From positions 800,377-864,376 of the forward strand of contig CAVVAH010000008.1 in the NCBI GenBank assembly GCA_963746175.1: 64,000 nucleotides of DNA, in the 5' to 3' direction. The DNA comes from an uncultured Actinomycetota bacterium (GTDB taxonomy: Bacteria > Actinomycetota > Actinomycetes > JACCUZ01). The position numbers and the translations under genes were made by a program. Shown here one piece after another: positions 1 to 9,251 of this stretch; the first letter of the stretch is position 1; every line of letters starts with the position of its first letter. The notes below the pieces were generated by a model. That model worked only from the letters and a program-made list of their open reading frames with translations. It ran no database searches and was not told the origin of the DNA.

Positions 1-1161
1 CTGCGCGCCCGCCGGCCCGACCTCGACTGGCGCAGCCGCGAGCGGATGGAGGGCGACCAGCCGATGGGCGCGGGCGAGTCGACCAGCGCGCTGCAGGACC
101 TCGCCGACCTCGACGAGCTCGAGTCGACGCTCGGCCAGGACTACCCGGGCGCCAGCCTCGAGGACGTCGACGAGGAGGCCGTCCGGCGCGCCCTCGGGCG
201 GGGCGCCGCCGACGACCTGCGCGAGCTGCGGCGGCTGGAGCGCGAGCTCGAGGAGCAGGGCTACCTCAACCGCTCCGGCGACCGGCTCGACCTGACCGCG
301 AAGGCCGTGCGTCGACTCGGGCAGACGGCACTGCGGCACGTGTTCGCCGACCTGCGGTCGGCCGGTCGCGGCGGCCACGACGTGCCGGACGCGGGCCAGG
401 CCGGCGAGCTCACCGGCGCGAGCCGGCAGTGGCAGTTCGGCGACGAGCAGCCGCTCGACGTCGTGCGCACGCTGACCAATGCGGTGCGGTCCGGCCGGGT
501 GCTCCCCGGCGAGGGCGCGGGCATCCGGCTCTCGACCGAGGACTTCGAGGTCGCGGAGACCGACCGCCGTACGTCGGCTGCGGTCTGCCTGCTCGTCGAC
601 CTGTCGTACTCGATGGTGCTACGGGACACCTGGGGTGCGGCCAAGGCGACCGCGCTCGCCCTGCACGCGCTGGTGTCCGGCCAGTTCCCGCAGGACGCGC
701 TCACCATCATCGGGTTCTCGTCGTACGCCCGGACGCTGCAGGCCACCGAGCTGGCGGGCCTCGAGGCGGACTACGTGCAGGGCACCAACCTGCAGCACGC
801 GCTGATGCTGGCCGGGCAGTTCCTCGACGAGCACCCCGACCACGAGCCGGTCGTCCTGGTCGTCACCGACGGCGAGCCGACCGCGCACCTGCTGCCCGGC
901 GGCCAACCCTACTTCGCCTGGCCGCCGGAGCCGGAGACGCTCACCGCCACCGTGGTCGAGGTGGACCGGATGACCCGGCGCGGCGCGACCCTCAACGTCT
1001 TCCAGCTCGACGACGACCCGCGGCTGACGGCCTTCATGCAGGACCTCGCGCGACGAAACGGCGGTCGCGTGCTGCTGCCGGACCCGCAGCGGCTCGGGCA
1101 GTACGTCGTCAGCGACTACCTCTCCCGCCGCACGGGGCGCCGGTCGCGTCGCGCGGGCTGA
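1..1161 (+). CDS. von Willebrand factor A (VWA) domain protein; the 5' end probably lies upstream of the window
   Basis: MIDAS-like motif LVDLSYSM (D-x-S-x-S) and the TDGEPT motif typical of VWA domains. The frame stays open from base 1, so the first M at 46 may be internal. Confidence 0.6.
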   Translation: MRARRPDLDWRSRERMEGDQPMGAGESTSALQDLADLDELESTLGQDYPGASLEDVDEEAVRRALGRGAADDLRELRRLERELEEQGYLNRSGDRLDLTAKAVRRLGQTALRHVFADLRSAGRGGHDVPDAGQAGELTGASRQWQFGDEQPLDVVRTLTNAVRSGRVLPGEGAGIRLSTEDFEVAETDRRTSAAVCLLVDLSYSMVLRDTWGAAKATALALHALVSGQFPQDALTIIGFSSYARTLQATELAGLEADYVQGTNLQHALMLAGQFLDEHPDHEPVVLVVTDGEPTAHLLPGGQPYFAWPPEPETLTATVVEVDRMTRRGATLNVFQLDDDPRLTAFMQDLARRNGGRVLLPDPQRLGQYVVSDYLSRRTGRRSRRAG

Positions 1162-1168
1162 GCACGTC

Positions 1169-1978
1169 ATGACGGCGCCGCGGGTGTTCGGCATCCCCGC
1201 GCGGGACGCGCCGGTCGTCGCGGTGCTGCGGCGTGGTCCCAGCGACTGGTCGCACGTCGGCCGGTGGGACGTCGACGCCCTCACGTACGAGAGCGGCGCG
1301 TGGCTGCACGGCACGCTGTACCCGCAGCGCTGCGACCTCTCCCCCGACGGCCGGTGGCTCTGCTGCTTCGCACTGAAGGCCGGTGGACTCTGGTCGGCCG
1401 GGTCGACGTACGTGGCGGTGTCCCGGCTGCCGTGGCTGACCGCGCTCGCGGCGTGGGGCACGGACGGCACCTGGACCCGCGGGGTGCACTTCGTCGCCGA
1501 CCGGGACAGCTGGCCGCTCGAGGACCCCGACGAGGGGGACGTCGCGCCGCTGCGCGATTGGTACGGCCTGGCGTACACCCGGCCGGCGAGCTTCGCCGTC
1601 GAGCGGCGCAACGGGTGGGCCGAGACCGACGACACCCCGCCGCAGGGCGAGCACGACAGCTGGGACGAGAAGCGCGCCGAGCAGATCGTGCTCGCGCGGC
1701 CCAGCCCCCGTGACGGCCGGGTCCTCACGGTCCGCGGCGGCCAGGCGGCGTTCCGGTCCGGACCGGCCGGCTGGTGGCAGGCGCCGCTGTACGCCGTCGA
1801 CGACGAGGTGCTCGACGACGTGCAGTGGGCCGACTGGTCGGCGGACGGCCGGCTGCTGGTGGCGACCGTCGACGGCAGGCTGCAAGTGCGGGACGGGTCG
1901 ACGGTCGCGGGCGAGGTCGACCTGGCCGCACTGACCCCCGACCCGCAGCCGCCGCCGCCCCACGCCACCCACTGGTAG
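1169..1978 (+). CDS. hypothetical protein (Trp/Asp-rich, no recognisable motif)
   Basis: 269-aa intact ORF that starts 8 nt after the VWA gene stop, probably co-transcribed. No conserved motif recognised. Confidence 0.4.
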   Translation: MTAPRVFGIPARDAPVVAVLRRGPSDWSHVGRWDVDALTYESGAWLHGTLYPQRCDLSPDGRWLCCFALKAGGLWSAGSTYVAVSRLPWLTALAAWGTDGTWTRGVHFVADRDSWPLEDPDEGDVAPLRDWYGLAYTRPASFAVERRNGWAETDDTPPQGEHDSWDEKRAEQIVLARPSPRDGRVLTVRGGQAAFRSGPAGWWQAPLYAVDDEVLDDVQWADWSADGRLLVATVDGRLQVRDGSTVAGEVDLAALTPDPQPPPPHATHW

Positions 1979-1991
1979 CCGCCGCCCGCGG

Positions 1992-2200
1992 GATCGCTCG
2001 TGTGCGACATGAGTCCCCGACAGCCGAGGGGGCGTGTCGGGGAGCGAGGTCGCAAACGATCTTCCTGGCCACCCCGCGGCTGCGAGGTGTTCACCGAGCC
2101 GTCCACAGGGGGCCTCAAGTGCTCAGGGCGGATGTCCGATAGACTCATCGGCAGCAGCCCACCCAGAGGTTGCCCGGAGCGCTCGCAGTCGAGCGCCCGG
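1992..2200 (+). repeat. intergenic palindromic repeat element, copy 1 of the gatcg..tgcgac / gtcgcaaacgatc subfamily
   Basis: gatcgctcgtgtgcgac ... tccccgacagcc/ggcgtgtcgggga ... gtcgcaaacgatc. The string ggcgtgtcgggga(g/c)cga(g/c)gtcgcaaacgatc recurs at 22117-22147. It is followed by a tail resembling gctcag..gcggatg..cggcagcagcccaccc. Confidence 0.5.
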
Positions 2201-2353
2201 TCCCCCGCCCCGGAGGGGCGAGCGACTCCAGATCCGCGTGTTTTCTCGCGTGCACGGGTCGCCGTACCTCAGGGCAGGACACGCACCAGCCGCCGACGCG
2301 GACCCCGTAGAGAGATGCGGGTCGCCGGTGGCGCACCACGGAAGGAGACCATC

Positions 2354-2389
2354 ATGGTCGAGGACGACTTCGGTCCCTGGGACGACTGA
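2354..2389 (+). CDS. tiny ORF MVEDDFGPWDD (11 codons), candidate leader peptide or small protein
   Basis: Strong SD (GGAAGGAGA) 6 nt upstream of the ATG. The stop is followed 50 nt later by a 15-bp perfect hairpin. The gene downstream is an MFS transporter. Confidence 0.3.
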   Translation: MVEDDFGPWDD

Positions 2390-2439
2390 CCCAGGACCAC
2401 CCGAGCAGGGAGCCCCACGAGGGATCCCTCTGGTCAACC

Positions 2440-2483
2440 CGACGCCCCGACCGGCCCCGTGCCGGTCGGGGCGTCGTCGTTGC
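2440..2483 (+). terminator. stem-loop cgacgccccgaccgg-ccccgtg-ccggtcggggcgtcg followed by tcgttg
   Basis: 15-bp perfect inverted repeat visible directly. The U-tract is weak, which is typical of high-GC terminators, or it could be an attenuator. Confidence 0.45.
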
Positions 2484-2725
2484 CGAGGTCGTGGCTGATG
2501 GCGGGCCATCAGACGGGGCCCAGGGCAGGCTGACGGTCGGGAGCGGTCCGGGGATCGTCGGCAGGCCGGTGGCCGACAAGGTCGGCAACGGCACCGGCAG
2601 CCCCGAGGCGAGGTGACATGGTGTCCGTAGCCCGGAATCGGATCAAACCGGGGTGATCTAGACCACACAGTCTCCGCCAGTGACCGCCCGGGACGGGACC
2701 TGACCGCCCCGGCTACCGTCGCCGG

Positions 2726-3982
2726 GTGACGACTCGCGCCGACGGATCCCGCCGGTCGCGCAACCCGATGGCCGGCCTGCCACGCGAGGTGGCCGTCCTC
2801 ACCGCAGTCGCCTTCGCCGTCGCCGTCGGCTTCGGCGTCGTCGCCCCCGCGATCCCCGAGTACGCCCGCGACTTCGGCGTCGGGCGCACGGCCGCCGGCG
2901 CGGTGATCTCGGCGTTCGCGTTCATGCGGCTGGTGTCCGCCCTCGGCAGCGGCCGCCTGGTCAACCGGTTCGGCGAGCGACTGGTGCTCGCCACCGGCAT
3001 CGGGATCGTGGCGGTGAGCAGCGCCCTGGCCGGTCTGGCCCAGACGTACACCCAGCTCCTTCTGCTGCGCGGTGTCGGCGGCGTCGGGTCCGCGATGTTC
3101 ACCGTCTCGGCCATCTCGCTGCTGCTGCGCGTCGTCGACGCCGACCAGCGCGGCAAGGCCACCGGCATGTGGCAGTCCGGCTTCCTCGTCGGCGCGATCG
3201 CCGGCCCCGCGATCGGGGGGCCGCTCACGGCCATCTCGTTGCGCGCGCCGTTCTTCGTCTACGCCGGGACGCTCGCAGTCGCCGGCGGAATCGGGCTGCT
3301 CTTCCTCACCCGCGCAGCGCTGCACGAGGCCGAGACGTCGACCACCGACGCCCGGGCCGTGACTCTGCCGCAGGCCTTACGGGTGTCGGGCTACCGGGCG
3401 GCGCTGGTGTCCAACCTCGGCAACGGGTGGGCCCTGTTCGGCGTACGCAGCTCGCTGATCCCGCTGTTCGTCACCGAAGGCATCGGCGCATCGGCCACCT
3501 GGACCGGCATCGGGTTCTTCGTGTCCGCGGCGGCGCAGGGCGGACTGCTGCTCGTCGCCGGCTCGTTCACCGACCGCGTCGGCCGGCGACCGGCGCTGCT
3601 CATCGGCGGTGCGGCCGCCACCGCCGCCATGCTGCTCGTCGCTGTGAGCGACTCACTCGCCGTCTACACCGTGGCGATGGCGCTGTTCGGCGCCGGTTCG
3701 GCCTTCCTGTCCGTGGCGCCGAGCGCGATCGTCGGCGACGTCGTGCACGGCAAGGGCGGCACCGTCGTGGCGGCGTTCCAGATGTCGGCCGACCTGGGAG
3801 CCGTCGTGGGGCCGCTGGCGGCGGGCTGGCTGGCCGACGACTACTCCTTCGGAGCGGCCTTCGGGGTCACCGCGGCCGTCCTCGCCGCCGGTCTGGTCAC
3901 GGCGTTCTTCTCCGCCGAGACCCGGCACCGCACCGACCCCGCAGACCGCAACCCGGACCCGTCGCCCGGCACATCCGGCTGA
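2726..3982 (+). CDS. MFS transporter (12-TMS type)
   Basis: Hydrophobic helices throughout, and the MFS motif region GRLVNRFGERLVL. Alternative start at 2768 (MAGLP). Confidence 0.75.
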   Translation: MTTRADGSRRSRNPMAGLPREVAVLTAVAFAVAVGFGVVAPAIPEYARDFGVGRTAAGAVISAFAFMRLVSALGSGRLVNRFGERLVLATGIGIVAVSSALAGLAQTYTQLLLLRGVGGVGSAMFTVSAISLLLRVVDADQRGKATGMWQSGFLVGAIAGPAIGGPLTAISLRAPFFVYAGTLAVAGGIGLLFLTRAALHEAETSTTDARAVTLPQALRVSGYRAALVSNLGNGWALFGVRSSLIPLFVTEGIGASATWTGIGFFVSAAAQGGLLLVAGSFTDRVGRRPALLIGGAAATAAMLLVAVSDSLAVYTVAMALFGAGSAFLSVAPSAIVGDVVHGKGGTVVAAFQMSADLGAVVGPLAAGWLADDYSFGAAFGVTAAVLAAGLVTAFFSAETRHRTDPADRNPDPSPGTSG

Positions 3983-4005
3983 CCCCGCACCACCCGCACC
4001 CCTCC

Positions 4006-4068
4006 CGCGAGTGGTGGGTTCCGCATCCGTTTCGTCCGTTCCAGGCTGCCGAACCCACCACTCGGCGG
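4006..4068. terminator. bidirectional hairpin ccgcgagtggtgggttc...gaacccaccactcggcgg between convergent genes
   Basis: 17-bp perfect inverted repeat between the MFS stop (3982) and the TetR stop (4079). Confidence 0.5.
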
Positions 4069-4078
4069 GGAGTCGCGG

Positions 4079-4636
4079 TCAGCCGGCGGGGCGGAGCAGG
4101 CCGTCGGCGACGACCTCGAGCAGCGGGCGTACGGCGTCGTCGCCGAGACCGCCCTGGTCGGCGACGGTCGCGATACCACCCACCAGCCGGCAGACCTGCA
4201 CCGACTGGGTGCCGTCGCGCAGCGCACCGTGCTCCCGGAGCCGGGCCAGCACCTTGCCGTTGGCCGCGGTGAGGGCCTGGCACTTGCGGTGCATCGGCGA
4301 TGCCGAGTCCGCCATGGCCGAGGTGATCTTGGCCGGGCCGCCGCGGTGCGCGCTGATGTGGTGGACGTAGTCCGTGAACCAGCCGAGCAGCATCTCGCGG
4401 GGCGGCAGCTCGCTTGCCACGGCCTTGTCGGCGGAGGCGTGGACCCGGGCGACCCAGTCCTTCATCAGGGCGTCGTAGAGAGTGTCGCGGTTGGGGAAGT
4501 GCCGGTAGAGCGTCCCCGGGCCGACCTCGGCCCGTCGGGCGATCTCGTCCATCGAGGCGTCGGCTCCGCGCTCGGCGAACACCTGGCGCGCGACCTCGAG
4601 GATCCGGTCGTAGTTGCGCTGCGCGTCGGCCCGCAC
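4079..4636 (-). CDS. TetR family transcriptional regulator
   Basis: N-terminal HTH with MDEIARRAEVGPGTLYRHFPNRDTL. It is divergent from an MFS efflux gene. Confidence 0.85.
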   Translation of the reverse strand: MRADAQRNYDRILEVARQVFAERGADASMDEIARRAEVGPGTLYRHFPNRDTLYDALMKDWVARVHASADKAVASELPPREMLLGWFTDYVHHISAHRGGPAKITSAMADSASPMHRKCQALTAANGKVLARLREHGALRDGTQSVQVCRLVGGIATVADQGGLGDDAVRPLLEVVADGLLRPAG

Positions 4637-4655
4637 GGCGATTCCTCCTTGCTAA

Positions 4656-4672
4656 ACGGAGATAGTCTCCGT
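4656..4672. promoter_or_regulatory. palindromic operator ACGGAGA-tag-TCTCCGT in the TetR/MFS divergent intergenic region
   Basis: 7-bp perfect inverted-repeat arms with a 3-nt spacer. A second partial copy ctctccgt lies 40 nt downstream. It sits between the divergent starts at 4636 and 4747. Confidence 0.5.
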
Positions 4673-4746
4673 ATTGTCGCCGATGACAACCGGAGCCACT
4701 CTCCGTTCCAGTCTACGTCGGCTCCGCCGACAAGAACAGGACCCCC

Positions 4747-6228
4747 ATGTCATCCACCACCTCGACCTCGCGCGCCTCGCAGCGGACCCGCTCCGCGCTG
4801 CCGCAGGACCTGCCGGCGGACGCCGGCCGCGCAGCGGCGGGCGTCGCGCTCGTCCTCGTCGCCCAGCTCATGCTCATCCTGGACGCCACCGTCGTGAACG
4901 TCGCGCTGCCGCGCATCGACGCCGACCTGGGCTTCGGCCCGGCGGCGCTGTCCTGGGTGCTCAACGCCTACACGCTCGCCTTCGGCGGGCTGCTCCTCCT
5001 CGGCGGCCGCCTCGGCGACGTCTTCGGCCGCCGCCGGGTCTTCGAGATCGGCCTCGCCGTCTTCACCCTCGGCAGCGTCGTCGGCGGCCTCGCGCCGTCC
5101 CCCGCGTGGCTGCTTGCCGGCCGCGCGGCACAGGGCGTCGGCGCCGCGATGGCCGCGCCCGGTGTCCTCGCCCTGCTGACCACCAGCGCCCCGGACGAGG
5201 CGGCTCGCAACCGGGCACTGGCACTCTTCGGCGCGGTCACCTCCGGGGGCATGTCCCTGGGGCTGCTCCTGGGCGGGCTGCTCACGGACCTCGGCTCGTG
5301 GCGCTGGACGCTGTTCATCAACGTCCCGATCGGGATCGCCGTCCTCGCCCTGACCCGTCGCCTGCTCAGCGAGACCCCTCGCCGCCCCGGCCGGTTCGAC
5401 GTCGTCGGGGCCGTCACTGCCACCCTCGGCGCGGTCTCCGTCGTGTGGGCGCTCATCGGCGCCCCCGAGCACGGCTGGACCTCGGCCCGGACCGTCGGCG
5501 GGCTCGCGCTCGGTGTCGTGTCCCTGGTGACCCTGGCGGTCACCGAGCGCCGGGTGTCGCACCCGCTGCTGCGACCGGCCCTGCTCCGGGACCGGACCCG
5601 GGTGGGATCGCTGGCCGTCATGACGCTGATCGTCGGCGCGCAGTTCTCGATGTTCTTCCTGATCGTGCAGTTCCTCCAGCGCGAGCTCGAGCTCGGTCCC
5701 CTGGCCTCCGGGTTCGCCTTCCTCCCTCTGTCGGTCGGCATCTTCGCGATGTCGCGGGTCACCCCGCGGCTGGTCGCGAGGTTCGGCCAGGTGCCCTTGC
5801 TCATGGTCGGCACCGTCGGTATGTCGGCGAGCTTCGCCTGGCTCAGCCTGATGGCACCCGGCCAGGGCTACGCCACCGCGGTCCTCGCGCCGATGCTCCT
5901 CAACGGCATCTCCGCCGGCCTCACGTTCATGCCGGTCACGTCACTCGTCCTGGGCGGCGTGGAGCCAGAGCACGCCGGGTCGGCGTCGGGACTGCTCCAG
6001 ACCGCGCAGCAGCTGGGCGGTGCCGTCGGCCTCGCCGTCATCGTCTCGGTCTACGCCGCGAACGACCGGCCGGGCGAGTTCCTGCCGGGCACCACCGAGG
6101 CGTTCCTCACCTCGGCGTCGTTCGCGCTGGCGGCCTTCCTGATCGCCGTCACCGTCGTGCGCCGCCGGCGTCCGGCCGCCGAGCGGGAGTGCGCGGAGGT
6201 CGTCGAGCGACAGCTCGAGGCGGCATGA
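4747..6228 (+). CDS. MFS transporter, DHA2-like 14-TMS drug:H+ antiporter
   Basis: 493 aa. Motifs LDATVVNVALP and GGRLGDVFGRRRVF. The classic TetR-MFS divergent pair. Confidence 0.8.
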   Translation: MSSTTSTSRASQRTRSALPQDLPADAGRAAAGVALVLVAQLMLILDATVVNVALPRIDADLGFGPAALSWVLNAYTLAFGGLLLLGGRLGDVFGRRRVFEIGLAVFTLGSVVGGLAPSPAWLLAGRAAQGVGAAMAAPGVLALLTTSAPDEAARNRALALFGAVTSGGMSLGLLLGGLLTDLGSWRWTLFINVPIGIAVLALTRRLLSETPRRPGRFDVVGAVTATLGAVSVVWALIGAPEHGWTSARTVGGLALGVVSLVTLAVTERRVSHPLLRPALLRDRTRVGSLAVMTLIVGAQFSMFFLIVQFLQRELELGPLASGFAFLPLSVGIFAMSRVTPRLVARFGQVPLLMVGTVGMSASFAWLSLMAPGQGYATAVLAPMLLNGISAGLTFMPVTSLVLGGVEPEHAGSASGLLQTAQQLGGAVGLAVIVSVYAANDRPGEFLPGTTEAFLTSASFALAAFLIAVTVVRRRRPAAERECAEVVERQLEAA

Positions 6229-6235
6229 TCGGCCG

Positions 6236-6763
6236 GTGCCCGACGGCGTCGTGATCCGACCGGTCGTCACCTCGGACCTCGCCCGCTTGCAGGCGATCGA
6301 GGTGGCGGCCGGTGGCATGTTCCGTCCCCTCGGGATGGACCTCGTCGCCGACGACGACCCGTTCAGCGCCGACGTGCTCCAGTCGTACGCCGACGCGGGC
6401 CACGCCTGGGTCGCGGTGCCCTCCGACGGCGGGCAGGCCGACGGCTACCTGCTGCTGGACGTCGTCGACGGGGCCGCACACGTGGAGCAGGTCACCGTGC
6501 ACCCCGACGGCGCCCGGCGCGGCATCGGGCGGGCGCTCGTCGAGCACGTCGCGAGCTGGGCAGCGGGTGCCGGCTTCAGCGCGATGACGCTGACGACCTT
6601 CCGGGACGTGGCGTGGAACGGGCCCTACTACGAGCGGCTCGGTTTCCGGTACCTCGACCCGGACGACGAAGGTCCGGCACTGCGCCTGCTCCGGGACCAC
6701 GAGCGGGCGCACGGGCTGGATGCCTGGCCGCGGGCCAGCATGCGCCGGGACCTCGACCGGTGA
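6236..6763 (+). CDS. GNAT family N-acetyltransferase
   Basis: RRGIGRALVEH...YERLGF acetyl-CoA binding motif. Confidence 0.7.
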   Translation: MPDGVVIRPVVTSDLARLQAIEVAAGGMFRPLGMDLVADDDPFSADVLQSYADAGHAWVAVPSDGGQADGYLLLDVVDGAAHVEQVTVHPDGARRGIGRALVEHVASWAAGAGFSAMTLTTFRDVAWNGPYYERLGFRYLDPDDEGPALRLLRDHERAHGLDAWPRASMRRDLDR

Positions 6764-6784
6764 CGCTGCACCGACCGTCGACAG

Positions 6785-8107
6785 TCAGCCCCGGAGGCCG
6801 CTCCTGACGAGGTTCCCAGCGGCCTCCGGGTGCTGCTGTGCGAGCAGCCCCGCCGCGGCGAGCACGTACTGCGTGTCCACGACCGTGCGCGCCCGCTCCG
6901 GCACCGCCCACCCACCGGCGAGATCACCCGTCGCCGGCTCGAGCATGGCTGCGGCACGTCCCGCTGTCGCGTGCCGCAGCACCCCGCCCGAGCCGACGAC
7001 CAGCCCGACCTGGCGCAGGTCCTTGCCGCTGCCTCGGGCGTGCCGGCGCAGTGCCACGGTCACCGCGAGGCGCGCCAGCTCGGCGTCGTCGTCCCGTCCC
7101 TGCTCGTCGTCCGGCAGGTACGCCGGGTCCGCCACGCGCGCCGACGCGGCGGCCCGGAGCCGGTCGGCCGACGTGTCGTCGAGCAGCCGCTCGGCGACCG
7201 CCGCCTCGACGACCCCGACCGCGCCCCAGCGCATCCCGAGGTCGCCCTCGACCGTGCGGCTGCGCCAGAGCACCTCGACGACCTCCTTGCGCAGCACTGC
7301 GTCCTCGCCCTGCGGGGTCACCACCGAGTAGACGTCGGTCGTCGCGCCGCCGACGTCCACCACGAGCACGTCGCCGGCACCCTCGTGCGATCCGGCGCCG
7401 TCCGCGAGCACCTCGACACCGGCGAGCACCGCGTCGGGCGTCGCCGCGCGGACCATCGCCGGGAAGTCGGCGCGTGACGAGAGTCCCTTGCCGCCGATGA
7501 CGTGGCCGATGAACACCTCGCGGATCGCCAGCCGGGCCGGCATCGGGTCGAGCCGCCCGATCTCCGGCAGCACGTTCGCCGTCGCCGTCACCGGCACGCC
7601 GGCCGACGTCAGCTCGGCCAGCACGTCGTCGCGTGCGTCGACGTTGCCCGCCACGACCACGGGCACGACCAGCCGGCGCGCGGCCAACGCCGCAGCGTTG
7701 TGCCGGAGGATCTCGCTGTTGCCGCCGTCGGTGCCGCCGACCAGCAGCACCACGTCGGGCCGTGCCGCCAGCAGCGCGCCGAGGGCCGCGCCGTCCAGCG
7801 GGCCGGCCGCGACGTGCTCGACCCGCGCGCCGGCCGAGAGACCGACGCGGTGCCCTGCCTCGGCGGTGACCAGCTGCTCGTAGCCGACCACGGCAAGGCG
7901 CAGCCCGCCGCCGGCCGACGAGCAGGCGAGCGTCCCGACGTCCTTGCCGGCACCGAGCGAGGCGCGGACGGCGTCGACGCCGTCCATCACATCGGTCGCG
8001 ATCGTGGTCGGGTGCGACGCCGTGCCGAGCAGGGTGCCGTCGTCGACGTCGACCAGGGCAGCCTTGGTGAACGTCGACCCGACGTCGACGCAGACGACCG
8101 CCGGCAC
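6785..8107 (-). CDS. glutamate mutase GlmL/MutL-like ASKHA-fold ATPase (DUF/hydantoinase-like)
   Basis: N-terminal VVCVDVGSTFTKAALVD (actin-like ATPase phosphate-1 motif) and VLVVDVGGATTDV. No mutase subunits are nearby. Confidence 0.6.
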   Translation of the reverse strand: MPAVVCVDVGSTFTKAALVDVDDGTLLGTASHPTTIATDVMDGVDAVRASLGAGKDVGTLACSSAGGGLRLAVVGYEQLVTAEAGHRVGLSAGARVEHVAAGPLDGAALGALLAARPDVVLLVGGTDGGNSEILRHNAAALAARRLVVPVVVAGNVDARDDVLAELTSAGVPVTATANVLPEIGRLDPMPARLAIREVFIGHVIGGKGLSSRADFPAMVRAATPDAVLAGVEVLADGAGSHEGAGDVLVVDVGGATTDVYSVVTPQGEDAVLRKEVVEVLWRSRTVEGDLGMRWGAVGVVEAAVAERLLDDTSADRLRAAASARVADPAYLPDDEQGRDDDAELARLAVTVALRRHARGSGKDLRQVGLVVGSGGVLRHATAGRAAAMLEPATGDLAGGWAVPERARTVVDTQYVLAAAGLLAQQHPEAAGNLVRSGLRG

Positions 8108-8108
8108 G

Positions 8109-9251
8109 TCAGGCGAGCGCGCGGGTGAGGTCCTCGACCAGGTCCTCGACGTCCTCGATGCCCACCGAGAGCCGCACCAGGTCGGCCGGCACCTCGAGCG
8201 GCGAGCCCGCCGCGGACGCGTGCGTCATCCGACCAGGGTGCTCGATCAGCGACTCGACGCCGCCCAGCGACTCGCCGAGGGTGAACACCTCGGCGCGGTT
8301 GCACACCTCGACCGCCGCCTCCTCGCCGCCGACGACACGGAACGACACCATGCCGCCGTACGCCTTCATCTGCTTGACGGCGATGTCGTGGCCCGGGTGC
8401 TCGGGCAGACCGGGGTAGAACACCTCGGCGACCTTGGGGTGCGCGGTGAGCAGGTCGACGATCCGCTCGGCGTTGGAGCAGTGCCGGTCCATCCGGACGC
8501 CGAGCGTCTTGATGCCGCGCAGCACCAGCCACGAGTCGAACGGCCCGGCCACCGCGCCCATCGCGTTCTGGTGGTAGGTCACCTTCTCGGCCAGCTCGTC
8601 GTCGGCGAGCACCAGCGCGCCGCCGACCACGTCGGAGTGCCCGCCGAGGTACTTCGTCGTCGAGTGCACGACGGCGTCGGCGCCGAGCGGGATCGGCTGC
8701 TGCAGGTACGGCGAGGCGAACGTGTTGTCGACGACGAGGATCGCGCCGACCTCGTGGGTGACCTCGGCGATGGCGGCGATGTCGGCGATGCCGAGCAGCG
8801 GGTTGGTGGGCGTCTCGAGCCACACGACCTTGGTCTCCCCCGGCCGGATCGATGCCCGGACGGCGTCGACGTCGTGCCCACCGGCGGGGGTGTGCGACAG
8901 CCCCCACGCCTCCTGGACCTTCGCGAACAGCCGGTAGGTGCCGCCGTAGGCGTCACCCGGGATGACCGCGTGGTCGCCGGGGCGGCAGACGGTGCGCAGC
9001 AGGGTGTCCTCCGCCGCCAGCCCGGAGGCGAACGCCAGCCCGCGGCGGCCGGCCTCGATCGCGGCGAGGCAGTCCTCCAGCGCGGTCCGCGTGGGGTTGG
9101 CGCTGCGGCTGTACTCGTAGCCGCCGCGCAGCCCGCCGACGCCGTCCTGCTTGTAGGTCGAGGTCTGGTAGATCGGCGGGACCACCGCCCCGGTCAGCGG
9201 GTCGGGCTCCTGGCCGGCATGGATCGCGAGGGTCTCGAAGTGCATGGGCAC
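8109..9251 (-). CDS. metB: cystathionine gamma-synthase/gamma-lyase (PLP-dependent, Cys/Met metabolism family)
   Basis: 380 aa. YSRSANPTR and the PLP-lysine region HSTTKYLGGHSD. The canonical transsulfuration enzyme fold. Confidence 0.85.
   Translation of the reverse strand: MPMHFETLAIHAGQEPDPLTGAVVPPIYQTSTYKQDGVGGLRGGYEYSRSANPTRTALEDCLAAIEAGRRGLAFASGLAAEDTLLRTVCRPGDHAVIPGDAYGGTYRLFAKVQEAWGLSHTPAGGHDVDAVRASIRPGETKVVWLETPTNPLLGIADIAAIAEVTHEVGAILVVDNTFASPYLQQPIPLGADAVVHSTTKYLGGHSDVVGGALVLADDELAEKVTYHQNAMGAVAGPFDSWLVLRGIKTLGVRMDRHCSNAERIVDLLTAHPKVAEVFYPGLPEHPGHDIAVKQMKAYGGMVSFRVVGGEEAAVEVCNRAEVFTLGESLGGVESLIEHPGRMTHASAAGSPLEVPADLVRLSVGIEDVEDLVEDLTRALA

Noticed and set aside
2060-2340. Possible RNase P RNA, tmRNA or a known riboswitch in the long untranslated region upstream of the tiny ORF
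   Set aside because: By eye there is no P4/GGAAAGTCCGG-type RNase P motif, no tmRNA tag-reading frame or CCA-terminal tRNA-like end, and no B12, glycine or ydaO consensus boxes. It is left as an unassigned structured region.
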